Part shown: piece after piece, positions 9,553-18,815 of the stretch
How the letters are laid out: each line of letters starts with the position of its first letter
Numbering within the stretch: the first letter of the stretch is position 1
Origin: Candidatus Poribacteria bacterium
GTDB lineage: Bacteria > Poribacteria > WGA-4E > PCPOR2b
Direction: 5' to 3'
Assembly (NCBI GenBank): GCA_965208675.1
Contig: OZ242351.1
Span: forward strand, 3,520,001-3,584,000
Length of the DNA stretch: 64,000 nt
Made by a program: the position numbers and the translations under genes
The notes under the pieces: model-generated
Told to the model about the DNA's origin: nothing
Seen by the model: the letters and a program-made list of their open reading frames with translations, nothing else
The model's database searches: none

Positions 9553-11457
9553 ATGAATTCAACCAATAACATCATTACCTCAAGAGCGGTTGTCATTGGA
9601 TTGATTCTAGTCGTCCTAAACGCTTACTGGATTGGAATCGCAAGTGAGCTGTGGGGTTATCTGTTTACGTTGGTTCATCCGTGTTCAAACGCGATTTTTA
9701 CCCTGGTTCTTCTCATTGTCTTCAACTACATATGCCGTAGATTCACGAACAAGGTTTCGTTATCAGCCGCGGAACTGTTGATTATCTACATAATGGTAAC
9801 GATGGTGTCGACGATATCGGGCCATACGATGATGGATTATTTGGTTGGGGCATTGAGCCATCCGTTTTGGCACGCATCGCCCGAAAATGAGTGGCAGCGG
9901 CTGTTCTGGCAATATATACCGCAGTGGTTTTCCGTTTCAGATAAGGAGATATTGAAGGGCTACTTCTACGGCGAATCCACATTCCACTCGGTCAAACATG
10001 TCAAAGCGTGGGCAATTCCGGTTTTGATGTGGTCGGCTTTCATTTTCTTCCTCTACACTTCGCTGCTATGCATAAGTTCCGTTCTGAGAAAGCAGTGGGA
10101 CGAAAAAGAGAAGCTAAGCTACCCAATCGTACAACTGCCCATCGCTATGGCGACGGACAGGAAGTTCTTCAATTCAAGGCTGATGTGGGCAGGATTTGCG
10201 GTCTCCGCGTCCGTCCGCATAATAAACGGTTTCCATGACCTGTTCCCGTTGCTGCCAGAGATTCCGTCCGGATTCAGGATTGACCAATTTCTCACCGAAA
10301 AACCGTGGAGTGCTATAGGATACACGTTAATCTTCTTCAACCTCTCCGTGGTCGGGCTTACCTATTTTATGCCGCTCGATCTGGTTTTTTCATGCTGGTT
10401 CTTTTTTTGGCTGACGAAGACAGAAAGGGTGTTTGCGAGCATGGCAGGAACGAAATCGCTCTATCTGGACGAACGAGCCGGCGGCGCGTGGATGGGCATC
10501 GGTCTGCTCGCACTTTGGGTATCCAGACGGCACTTGATTAGCTTTGCCAAGCACGTGTTTGGGTTGGATCGAACCGACGATTCGAGCGAACCGTTACGAT
10601 ACAGGCCGGCAACTTTTCTGTTCTTCATTAGCTTCGCTTTTCTAGCTCTGTTCTGTTCCCTTGCGGGGATGTCGCTATGGACGGTTGTAATGTTTTTCGT
10701 TCTCTACTATCTAATCGCAATAGCTATAGCTAGGGTTCGGGCAGAACTTGGACCTCCCTACCATGAGGTAATCGGCATAAACTTGACTCCTAGAGGGATG
10801 GTGGTAAAGATGTTCGGATCGCGGCGGCTCCGCGGAGAGAACCTGGCGGTAATGACGCACTTTCATGCGTTCAACAGGTGCAACAGAGCCCATCCGATGG
10901 CAAGCCAGGTGGAATCCCTGAAGATTGGCGCACGGGTCAATGCGAGTAACCGCAGACTGATACAAGCAATGATGTTGGCTATCGGCGTCGGTGCAGTAGC
11001 GGCGTTCTTGGCGTATCTACAGGCAGCTTACACACACGGTGCTCAAGGCAGAGGGGTCGGTTACCATTTCGGCCAGGAGTGCTTCCGGCCGCTTCAAAAT
11101 TGGCTCCAGTATCCTCAAGGAACGGATGCCGGGAGCGTAACATCCATGGTCGGCGGCTTCTTATTTGTATGTTTCTTGTATGCGATGCGGACGCGGTTTC
11201 TGTGGTGGCCGCTTCATCCATCGGGATATGTCCTATCCGGCGCATCGTGGGGCGGGATGGTATACTTTTGGTTTCCTACAATGGTGGGATGGCTCATAAA
11301 GTCACTAATCATCACCTACGGGGGATTGAAGGTGTATCGGAAGGGTATTCCCTTCTTTTTCGGGCTAATCTTGGGCGATCATATTCCACGAAGCCTTTTT
11401 AGTATCTTGGGTATGGTTCTCAACGTCCACATGCCCTCTGTCGGTTTTTTTGGATAG
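9553..11457 (+). CDS. Polytopic membrane protein, DUF6785/DUF6784-like (putative transporter)
   Basis: 634 aa with many TM helices; LRKQW..EKLSYPIVQLP, RVRAELG, WWPLHPSGY, PFFFGLILGD motifs. Confidence 0.75.
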   Translation: MNSTNNIITSRAVVIGLILVVLNAYWIGIASELWGYLFTLVHPCSNAIFTLVLLIVFNYICRRFTNKVSLSAAELLIIYIMVTMVSTISGHTMMDYLVGALSHPFWHASPENEWQRLFWQYIPQWFSVSDKEILKGYFYGESTFHSVKHVKAWAIPVLMWSAFIFFLYTSLLCISSVLRKQWDEKEKLSYPIVQLPIAMATDRKFFNSRLMWAGFAVSASVRIINGFHDLFPLLPEIPSGFRIDQFLTEKPWSAIGYTLIFFNLSVVGLTYFMPLDLVFSCWFFFWLTKTERVFASMAGTKSLYLDERAGGAWMGIGLLALWVSRRHLISFAKHVFGLDRTDDSSEPLRYRPATFLFFISFAFLALFCSLAGMSLWTVVMFFVLYYLIAIAIARVRAELGPPYHEVIGINLTPRGMVVKMFGSRRLRGENLAVMTHFHAFNRCNRAHPMASQVESLKIGARVNASNRRLIQAMMLAIGVGAVAAFLAYLQAAYTHGAQGRGVGYHFGQECFRPLQNWLQYPQGTDAGSVTSMVGGFLFVCFLYAMRTRFLWWPLHPSGYVLSGASWGGMVYFWFPTMVGWLIKSLIITYGGLKVYRKGIPFFFGLILGDHIPRSLFSILGMVLNVHMPSVGFFG

Positions 11458-11564
11458 CGATTGAATGATTTGAGTTTGCAGGTATGGACTGTTATTGGTT
11501 ATGATAGCGGCTAGGAAGCCAAAACCATTGGCCGGTAAAAGGCTGTAACGCTAATGTTTAGTTC

Positions 11565-13895
11565 TTGTGTTTAATTGGGCGGAAAACCGAAATGTCAAGT
11601 GAGAGTCTTTTATTCATCATAAGGTCAACCCTTACGCAGGCTAATGGCGGGATGGCTTTTGTTGCAGAGTCGGGGGAGGCTATGCCGTGGCAAATTCCCG
11701 CGCGGTGCAATATTGGGAACCCGGGCGAACTTCAGATGGAGGCGTTGTCAGGTAAATGGGCAATCCAATCCGGACAGCTCGTCCAATCGGATCCAACCAC
11801 CCGCAGCGAGGCGGACCTCCAGCACGGGAGCGCAGTGATTGCCGTACCCAATCCCAAAATTGAGCGGTGCCGCGTTAGGGCGCTTGTCAAGCTAGACAAC
11901 CCCGACACACCGGAGGCTGAAGCGGGCATTGCCGTGCACGTAAAAAACAGAAATACCTACATCATCTGCTCTATCCGCCGGGGGAAGGGTGACTCCTTAT
12001 ACGCGGCGTTGACGAGGTTTGGGCCGGGCTACGATTTCGGACGGATGCCGGGGGATTTGGTGCAGTTGCCCAGCGATCAACGTGATTCGTGGCATCAGAT
12101 TGAAGTTCACGCCGACGGCGCGCACGTGCAAGCGGCGTACAATCACGGAGTTACGCTCACATATTCCTTCCCGTTGGTTGAAGGGAGTATGCCGTCGTTT
12201 CCGGAGGAGGTGCGGCGTCCGACTCATGTATCGGACCAGACCACAGACATCCATCTGGTTTCGAAGTGGGGGGCAGAAGTATTTCAGATGAGCGGGAAGG
12301 TGGGTTTGGTTACGCGCAACACCACGGCGCGTTTTGCGTACATGGAGGTGGACGATCTGCGGCCAGACACAATGCTGCACACTGCGTTTAACCCGCCGTA
12401 TGATGAGACCGGACGCATCCTGCCGCGTTGGGAGTACTCGTGGATAATGGAAAAGTACACCGAATGGTTCCTTAATTCCCGGAATCTGGTGACTGGCGAA
12501 GGCGGAAGCCCGGAAGCTAAAGGCACGGACTTTGACAAGATGATGGAGGAGACCGGCTGGCCGCCTTACTTTTTCACATGGGCAACGGTTCTCGACGACA
12601 TAGGATTCGACTCCCCCACCCAATGGCCGACCCACAACGGTCCGCCGACGATGTTCGGATTTATTCAATATTATCTGTACAGCGGCGATGCGCGGCCTAT
12701 TGCGGCGGCGAGGCAATGGGCGGATTGGCTGATTGATTCGTTTAGCACAGCCGATGATTTCACCTTTCCTAACCTGCCAAAATCCACCTTTGGCATCCGA
12801 GAAGAACAACCGCTAACCGGCGGATTAGCGGACTTGATTGAACTGGATAAGGCTTCCTATACCGGGCTCGCCTATCTGTCGCTTTATGCGGTGACTGAGC
12901 AACCAAAATATCTTCAGGCAGCGCAAAAAATTGCCGAATCGCTGTTACCCCGCCAGCAGCGCGACGGCAGTTTTCCGTTTCGGGTCAGCTTAGAGACGGG
13001 TGAAGTCGTCGGCGAATACACCGCCAGCCAGTTGTGGCACGCGCAACTCTACAGGAATTTAGCGTATCTGACGGGAAATGCGGATTATCGGCAAGCCGGC
13101 GAACGCGCCCTTGCTTGGCTGGTTGAAGGGCCTGTGAAAACCAACCGTTGGTGGGGCTTTTATGGGGACAACCCGGAGGACACGGATTCTGAAGGCGAGA
13201 AGTCGTACGATCAGCAAACCGCACTCATGACCGCTCAGTGGTTGATCGACCACCTACACGAGAGCGTTGAGTATTTGGCGTGCGTTCGGGGCATCCTCGA
13301 TTATATTCAGGAGAAATTTGCCATACCGGACGGTATTCACGAAGGCGTTCCGGCGATTGGTGAGCAGACGGGCTGGCCGGCTTTTTTGCCGCATCACAAT
13401 ATGCGGCTGGCGGAAACCTATGCACGGCTGTATGGCGCGACTGGGGACGCGACAGCAAAAGAACTCGCGCTTCGCATCACGAACTCGATGACATGGATGG
13501 TACAGTCTGACGGCAAGTACCGTCAGGGGTTGAACTCCGGCATCGAAAATAGGACCTGCCTGCTTTTGGACTTTAACACACAACTGTCGCGAATCATGGC
13601 AGAGTTTCCGGAAACTGCGCCCGACGGCGAGAACCATCTGCTGTATCATTCCGGTTATGTGAAGAATATTAGATACGACGACAAGGCGATTCGTTATGAA
13701 AGCCTAACGCCCAGCCAGGACATTCTGGTTGTGAGTTTCAATCCGACGCAGGCAACGATTAACGACCAACCCATCCCGGAAGTCAAGACGCCGCCGCAAT
13801 CTCGTTCGATTACGGCGCCCGCCGGCTGGCTGTACGAACCGGACACGGGCCGCCTGATTGTGCTGCATGAGCGCGGTACGGTGGAAATCAGGTAG
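11565..13895 (+). CDS. Hypothetical protein: N-terminal beta-sandwich plus (alpha/alpha)-barrel glycosidase/epimerase-like domain (start uncertain)
   Basis: 776-aa ORF with repeated LY.vTg...YL..A..iA..L helical-hairpin motifs and Q..DGS. Confidence 0.65.
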   Translation: MCLIGRKTEMSSESLLFIIRSTLTQANGGMAFVAESGEAMPWQIPARCNIGNPGELQMEALSGKWAIQSGQLVQSDPTTRSEADLQHGSAVIAVPNPKIERCRVRALVKLDNPDTPEAEAGIAVHVKNRNTYIICSIRRGKGDSLYAALTRFGPGYDFGRMPGDLVQLPSDQRDSWHQIEVHADGAHVQAAYNHGVTLTYSFPLVEGSMPSFPEEVRRPTHVSDQTTDIHLVSKWGAEVFQMSGKVGLVTRNTTARFAYMEVDDLRPDTMLHTAFNPPYDETGRILPRWEYSWIMEKYTEWFLNSRNLVTGEGGSPEAKGTDFDKMMEETGWPPYFFTWATVLDDIGFDSPTQWPTHNGPPTMFGFIQYYLYSGDARPIAAARQWADWLIDSFSTADDFTFPNLPKSTFGIREEQPLTGGLADLIELDKASYTGLAYLSLYAVTEQPKYLQAAQKIAESLLPRQQRDGSFPFRVSLETGEVVGEYTASQLWHAQLYRNLAYLTGNADYRQAGERALAWLVEGPVKTNRWWGFYGDNPEDTDSEGEKSYDQQTALMTAQWLIDHLHESVEYLACVRGILDYIQEKFAIPDGIHEGVPAIGEQTGWPAFLPHHNMRLAETYARLYGATGDATAKELALRITNSMTWMVQSDGKYRQGLNSGIENRTCLLLDFNTQLSRIMAEFPETAPDGENHLLYHSGYVKNIRYDDKAIRYESLTPSQDILVVSFNPTQATINDQPIPEVKTPPQSRSITAPAGWLYEPDTGRLIVLHERGTVEIR

Positions 13896-13920
13896 TTTAA
13901 GCCTTCACGGCGAATGCGTA

Positions 13921-16884
13921 TTAAGGACCTACCGGAATGAGATACGCCGACCGTTTTACGTTCGGAGGATGGGCTGCTTCTAAGAAAAGTTCAACTTGCC
14001 GGCTAGCCGGGGATGCCTCGACCGGAATCTTGACAACCCGCCACGGTGCGGAGCGAAATTCTGGGACAAGCGAGTAGCCGCCGCGCCCGATTTCTCGGCC
14101 GCCGACGGTGCTGTCGGGCAACACCGCCACCCGATGGGTCGCGTGAAAGACTAGCGCCAGAAGGGCATTCTCAGGACACGGTTCGATAGCGCCCCGAACG
14201 TGAATGACGGAGGTCTCCGCCTTCTCGAAGGACAGATTCAGTTGTTGAGAGGGCGGGGCCGGAGGCGTCTCGCGCAATTGCGCCTCCTGAAACGACTCAA
14301 CCAATTCCGGGATCTCGCCCACAGGCGCAAGCTGGAGAAGAACAACCTCAAAGGGTCGAAGATACCAGTTTATGGATTCACCGAAGCGCCAATTGGAACG
14401 GCGCGGCGTCACCAATCGAGCCGGCATGGGATAGTGCCGATAGAGATGCCACGCTCCATCACGCGCTATACCGATGCTTTCATCCAAACGGAGGTCCACA
14501 CGCTGGTCCTGCCATGTTGGATTATTCACGGCGGCGAAGACGTTTTGTCCGTCGGAGCAGGCGTAACCGTAGGGTTCGCCTTTCCACGGATTGCCAATAA
14601 TAGGCTTGGAATTCAGGAAACATTCGGGATGAGCCTTGAAGACTTTGGCGATGCGAGTCAACGCATCGATGTCTTTGTCGGAGAAGCGCCGTAGGTCTGC
14701 CCATAGATGTAAAACACCGGTACCGCGGCAGATGTCCAGCACAAGGTTTTCAAGCCACCGTTCAAAACCGAGGGGCGCCCATCCGGTGGTCATCCAGACA
14801 CCCAACGAATCGCGGCCGGCAGCCGGCGTATCGTGCCGATACTGTTGCGCCTGATCCAACATGAGCATAAAGGTGTCCCTGTCGTAAAGCGTCGGATAGG
14901 CGCTCGGCGTCTGCATCTCCATGTTCAGGCCGGTGTCGAATGTGGTATGCCCGTAGAGGAGCCACCACGGCGAATCGTGTCCCCAGTAAAGGAAAAGCCA
15001 GATATACGGGCACAATTCGCGGGCATGGGCATAAATTTTGATGTTGGCGTCTTGGATGGGTTCAACCGAGTATTTGCCGGGCAGGTGCAAGCGTTTTTCG
15101 GCGTGTTCACGGTCATAGCACCGCGGCTGCATCCCGTCGTGCTTTAAGCCTTCGATGCCGTGATCGACGAGATGGTGGGAGAGCACGCTTCGCCAGTGAT
15201 CCTGCACCTCGTCTGGAACGGTACACCCGCCGGTCAGCCATAATCCGAAGCGCATCTCTAGCTGGTTGGCTCTTTCGATTATCCGCTGCGGACCGTTCGG
15301 GAAGGTTTTTTCGTTCCAGACTTTGAGTCCGAACCGTTTCCCGAATTCCCACCAGCCGGCGTCCATCCAGAAATAGTCGAACCGAAGACCAACCTGGTTC
15401 TGTAACGCTTCCATCTTGTCCATGATGGAGAGGCACACCGATTCGGAAGGGGCATCTAGACGGCCCCAAGCGTGCGTCCTACCCCAAGCAGCGCCGAGCG
15501 CATCGTAATGCAGCGAGGTCTTCATCTCCACGGTATTGCGGCGCATTGACCGCGACATGATGTAGTCCCGGAATGCAGTTCGCGCCTCACCGGCGCTCGC
15601 CACACCCCATACCGTTTGTTTGGAGGTGTACATCTCGCCCGGTTGCAGATAACGCCCCGGAAACAGCCGTAAACGCGCTCTCCCTTCACTACCCTGTGTC
15701 ACGCCGGACGGATGCGCGATACTCGCAAATACGGTATCACTGAAGTAGATGGGGAGTCCCCGGAAGCCTTCGGTGACCGGAACATCAATACGGTAATCGC
15801 CCAGATTGACATCCAAGAGGAGTTGTTCGGCATCCGTGGTATTCCGATACGTGAGCCATTTGCGCAGAGCAGGTTCGTCCGCCTTCCATTCGTAGTGGAG
15901 GTGGAGTTCGCCGATACACGGCTGGGTGTCCAAAGCGATTCGGATATGGTGCGCTTCTGGTGTCCCAACGAGGATTTCTACGTTCTTTGCTGCGGTGACG
16001 GCGGTATCCTGGAATGCTGTGCCGACGGATACGAATTGGTCGCCTAACAGCAGGATACGCGTGGATTCGTAATGCCGATTGGGGTCAAGGCGTCTCAACC
16101 GTACGGGTCGGCAATCGAACTGTGACCACGCCTGGACGGCGAGGACGTTGCGTCCGCCGAAGCGAAGGGCGCGGTAATGTGCGTCGCCAGGATTCAGCGT
16201 CACCAAACCGGGATCGGTCCACTCCTGCCGGACGCGGCGTTCACTGATCGGCATTCCGTTTACGAAAAACCGCTGTTCGCCGAAATCGTAGATGCCGCAA
16301 CCGCCCAACCCAAACGAGACCGACTTGCCAGTTCCCTCCGGCAGATCGAATGCAACGCGGTACCAGTTGTAGCCTTCCGGGTTTGGGCTGCGTGGTGCGC
16401 CGCCGGGACCTGAGCTGAGCACCCACGGCGAATCTGTATCTTGCCACTGGCTATCGTCGAATTCAGGGCGGTGAAATCCGAGGCGGAATCCGTTCTCTTG
16501 GTCCGGCGCGCTTGCGCTGTCCCCGCCGGCGGCTTGTTTCCACTCAAGCAGTTCAGTGCGCTGTTGCGCCGCGGAGAATCTTAACCCGCACTCAGGACCA
16601 TTGCCCAAGCCGATTCGTTCGCCCGTCAGACGATTCTCAATGACTACCGCGTGGACGCCATTCGAAAGGTCGAGTTGCCAACGAAAATCACGGCTGCCGA
16701 GGCTGAGATTGCCGTCCTGTTGTTCGATGTAGCAGCCTCGCTCTTCTTGGGGATAAGCAGTTGAGCTTGTCAGCAACAACATCAACACTCCGAGACTTCG
16801 AGACATTGCCGTGCTCTTCATTGGCGGAGGATTTGTGAGGCGATGGCTGCGAACCGCATCTAAACAAGGTTTTTTCGAAGCCAA
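13921..16884 (-). CDS. Alpha-galactosidase-like glycoside hydrolase (clan GH-D-like) with galactose-binding-like domain (start uncertain)
   Basis: FDDSQW/WYRVAF/GRNVLAV sugar-binding module; FDYFWMDAGW, TFPNG, FGLW and GLKHD TIM-barrel motifs. Confidence 0.7.
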   Translation of the reverse strand: MASKKPCLDAVRSHRLTNPPPMKSTAMSRSLGVLMLLLTSSTAYPQEERGCYIEQQDGNLSLGSRDFRWQLDLSNGVHAVVIENRLTGERIGLGNGPECGLRFSAAQQRTELLEWKQAAGGDSASAPDQENGFRLGFHRPEFDDSQWQDTDSPWVLSSGPGGAPRSPNPEGYNWYRVAFDLPEGTGKSVSFGLGGCGIYDFGEQRFFVNGMPISERRVRQEWTDPGLVTLNPGDAHYRALRFGGRNVLAVQAWSQFDCRPVRLRRLDPNRHYESTRILLLGDQFVSVGTAFQDTAVTAAKNVEILVGTPEAHHIRIALDTQPCIGELHLHYEWKADEPALRKWLTYRNTTDAEQLLLDVNLGDYRIDVPVTEGFRGLPIYFSDTVFASIAHPSGVTQGSEGRARLRLFPGRYLQPGEMYTSKQTVWGVASAGEARTAFRDYIMSRSMRRNTVEMKTSLHYDALGAAWGRTHAWGRLDAPSESVCLSIMDKMEALQNQVGLRFDYFWMDAGWWEFGKRFGLKVWNEKTFPNGPQRIIERANQLEMRFGLWLTGGCTVPDEVQDHWRSVLSHHLVDHGIEGLKHDGMQPRCYDREHAEKRLHLPGKYSVEPIQDANIKIYAHARELCPYIWLFLYWGHDSPWWLLYGHTTFDTGLNMEMQTPSAYPTLYDRDTFMLMLDQAQQYRHDTPAAGRDSLGVWMTTGWAPLGFERWLENLVLDICRGTGVLHLWADLRRFSDKDIDALTRIAKVFKAHPECFLNSKPIIGNPWKGEPYGYACSDGQNVFAAVNNPTWQDQRVDLRLDESIGIARDGAWHLYRHYPMPARLVTPRRSNWRFGESINWYLRPFEVVLLQLAPVGEIPELVESFQEAQLRETPPAPPSQQLNLSFEKAETSVIHVRGAIEPCPENALLALVFHATHRVAVLPDSTVGGREIGRGGYSLVPEFRSAPWRVVKIPVEASPASRQVELFLEAAHPPNVKRSAYLIPVGP

Positions 16885-16909
16885 GACCGAGATGATTCGG
16901 CCGGGAAGG

Positions 16910-17539
16910 TTAAACTGACCGAAGCGCCGCCTCTAGCGGTGTTTCGCCTTCGAGCAGGCTAAAACACTTGCCGACGGTGTTTTCCAAATCTAGACACATC
17001 ACCAGCGCAGAGGCGAGGTTTTCGCGCGAGGTCTGGCCGTCGCCGTGTATTTCAGCGTTGACGACGACTTCGCCCGTGCCGGGTTCATCGGTCAACCCGC
17101 CCGGACAGATAATCGTATAGTCTAAATCGGATTGGGAGAGGTGAGCGTCCGCATGACCCTTGGCTTTGTGGTAATGTGCGATTGCCGAGCGGCTGTTCAC
17201 GTCCGCATTCAGCGCACTGAGCATGATGTATCGGCTCGCGCCGAGCACCTGAGCCGACACCATTGAGCGTATCGCGCCAATGTGATCCACGAGTACGGTC
17301 TTGTCTTTTCCTGTATGGCTTCCCGAACCGGCGGCAAAGATTATTGCATCACAGCCTTTGACGGCGTGGTCGATGGGATATTCCAGATCGGCAAGTACCG
17401 CCGGTACGCCCATACCGTCAAATTTTTCGCGTTGCTCCGGATTACGGATCATGGCAATCGGTTGGTGAGGGCTGTCTTTCAATCGCTGTACAACGCGAGT
17501 CCCGGTATTTCCATTTGCGCCAATGACCAACACTTTCAT
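16910..17539 (-). CDS. Atypical SDR / NAD(P)H-binding protein (YhfK-like)
   Basis: VLVIGANGNTG, IFAAGSG, DYTIICPGGLTD. Confidence 0.9.
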   Translation of the reverse strand: MKVLVIGANGNTGTRVVQRLKDSPHQPIAMIRNPEQREKFDGMGVPAVLADLEYPIDHAVKGCDAIIFAAGSGSHTGKDKTVLVDHIGAIRSMVSAQVLGASRYIMLSALNADVNSRSAIAHYHKAKGHADAHLSQSDLDYTIICPGGLTDEPGTGEVVVNAEIHGDGQTSRENLASALVMCLDLENTVGKCFSLLEGETPLEAALRSV

Positions 17540-17610
17540 ATTTCACCTTATTTTATCTTTGGAGGTTATTTAGCGGTTGGCAGCGTAACCGAGCGGCTTG
17601 CGGCCCGAAG

Positions 17611-18507
17611 CTAGGATTCGCGGTAGAACGGTTGACTCCACCCCCGCTTGATACCACTGACGGCTTCGATTCGAAAATAGGTCAGGTTTGGTTCAACCTT
17701 CCATTCTAAACGGTTGCCTCTAACACGGTGCAATAAGGCGCCGCCGTCGCCGATGACGCGCAGTTCTCTCGTACCCGCGGCTTCCACGACCAAGGTGTCG
17801 GAAGACGAGCCATTTGACCCCAGCGCAATTTTTTCAAAGGCGGGGTATGTACTGGAGAAAAATGAACCATTTTTAAGCTGCTGGATAATGGTATTCCAAC
17901 TCACGGGTTCCGGTGTGTCTTCGGGCACCTGGACACAAACCCAACCGTGGCCCGGTGTGACATAAGCGCAGTGAAAATCATCGGTGGCGACGCCCCAAAT
18001 CCGCCCGCCGCCGGTTAAGATTTGATCCCAGAGCGCGACATTTGCCATTTCGTCGCAGCCCCGCCCTTCCCGTAAGCCGTTAAAAATCTCAAAGCCGTGC
18101 AGCATTCCGGCGGCATCGCGGATATCATCCTCGCCGCAGTCCGGATATTCTTGCGGATGACAACCGACGACAAAACCGCCCGCCTGCCGCAGCAGCCTTG
18201 CTCGTTCGGTGTAGATGTCCGTTCCTGTGGGTGTTACGTCGTGAACGCCTAACTCTAGGATGTGCCCTTTACTGCCATTCTCTTCACCCGGAATTATGGT
18301 AAGGCTGTTTTCCGCTTGCCACTTCCGCCACTGTTCCGGGGTATGCGTCAAATTGTGGTCGGTGATTGCCAAGAAATCATAGCCCAAATTGGCGTATATC
18401 TGTCCGCTGACGCCGGCGTCCATGAATTTCCCGCAACAGGTGTGCGCGTGCAAGTTGCCGCGAAGCCAGCGGGATGAATTTGAATAGGGGTTTTTGTAGC
18501 CGGAAAT
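17611..18507 (-). CDS. PHP-domain metallohydrolase (CehA/McbA-like), probable ATT start
   Basis: NPY..WLRGNLHAHT, DFLAITDHN, GEE, CHP, EIFNG, ATDDFH. AAGGAGG lies 6 nt before ATT at 18507, and an in-frame TAA sits just upstream. Confidence 0.85.
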   Translation of the reverse strand: MSGYKNPYSNSSRWLRGNLHAHTCCGKFMDAGVSGQIYANLGYDFLAITDHNLTHTPEQWRKWQAENSLTIIPGEENGSKGHILELGVHDVTPTGTDIYTERARLLRQAGGFVVGCHPQEYPDCGEDDIRDAAGMLHGFEIFNGLREGRGCDEMANVALWDQILTGGGRIWGVATDDFHCAYVTPGHGWVCVQVPEDTPEPVSWNTIIQQLKNGSFFSSTYPAFEKIALGSNGSSSDTLVVEAAGTRELRVIGDGGALLHRVRGNRLEWKVEPNLTYFRIEAVSGIKRGWSQPFYRES

Positions 18508-18815
18508 GGCGCGCCTCCTTTAAGGTTTGTTCATTGTATCGTCAATCGTCTCTTTAATGCCTGCAATCAGTGCAGAGAATACCGCATCTATCCTCCGATG
18601 TCAACGCAAAATGGGGTTGATTCTGTTTCTCGGGTAGAGCTGAATGCGGTTATCCAAATGTTTTACTACCGTTGCCGTGTGACTTTCCAATTCCTTGAAT
18701 TGAGTTTAAAACGCATTGGATATATGCTATAATGCAGCAATTGGGAAATTTTGCTTGGTCTGGATGATTCAATTCCGTTAGAGCAACAGGGAAACGCGTG
18801 TCGTGGAGGCGTTAC

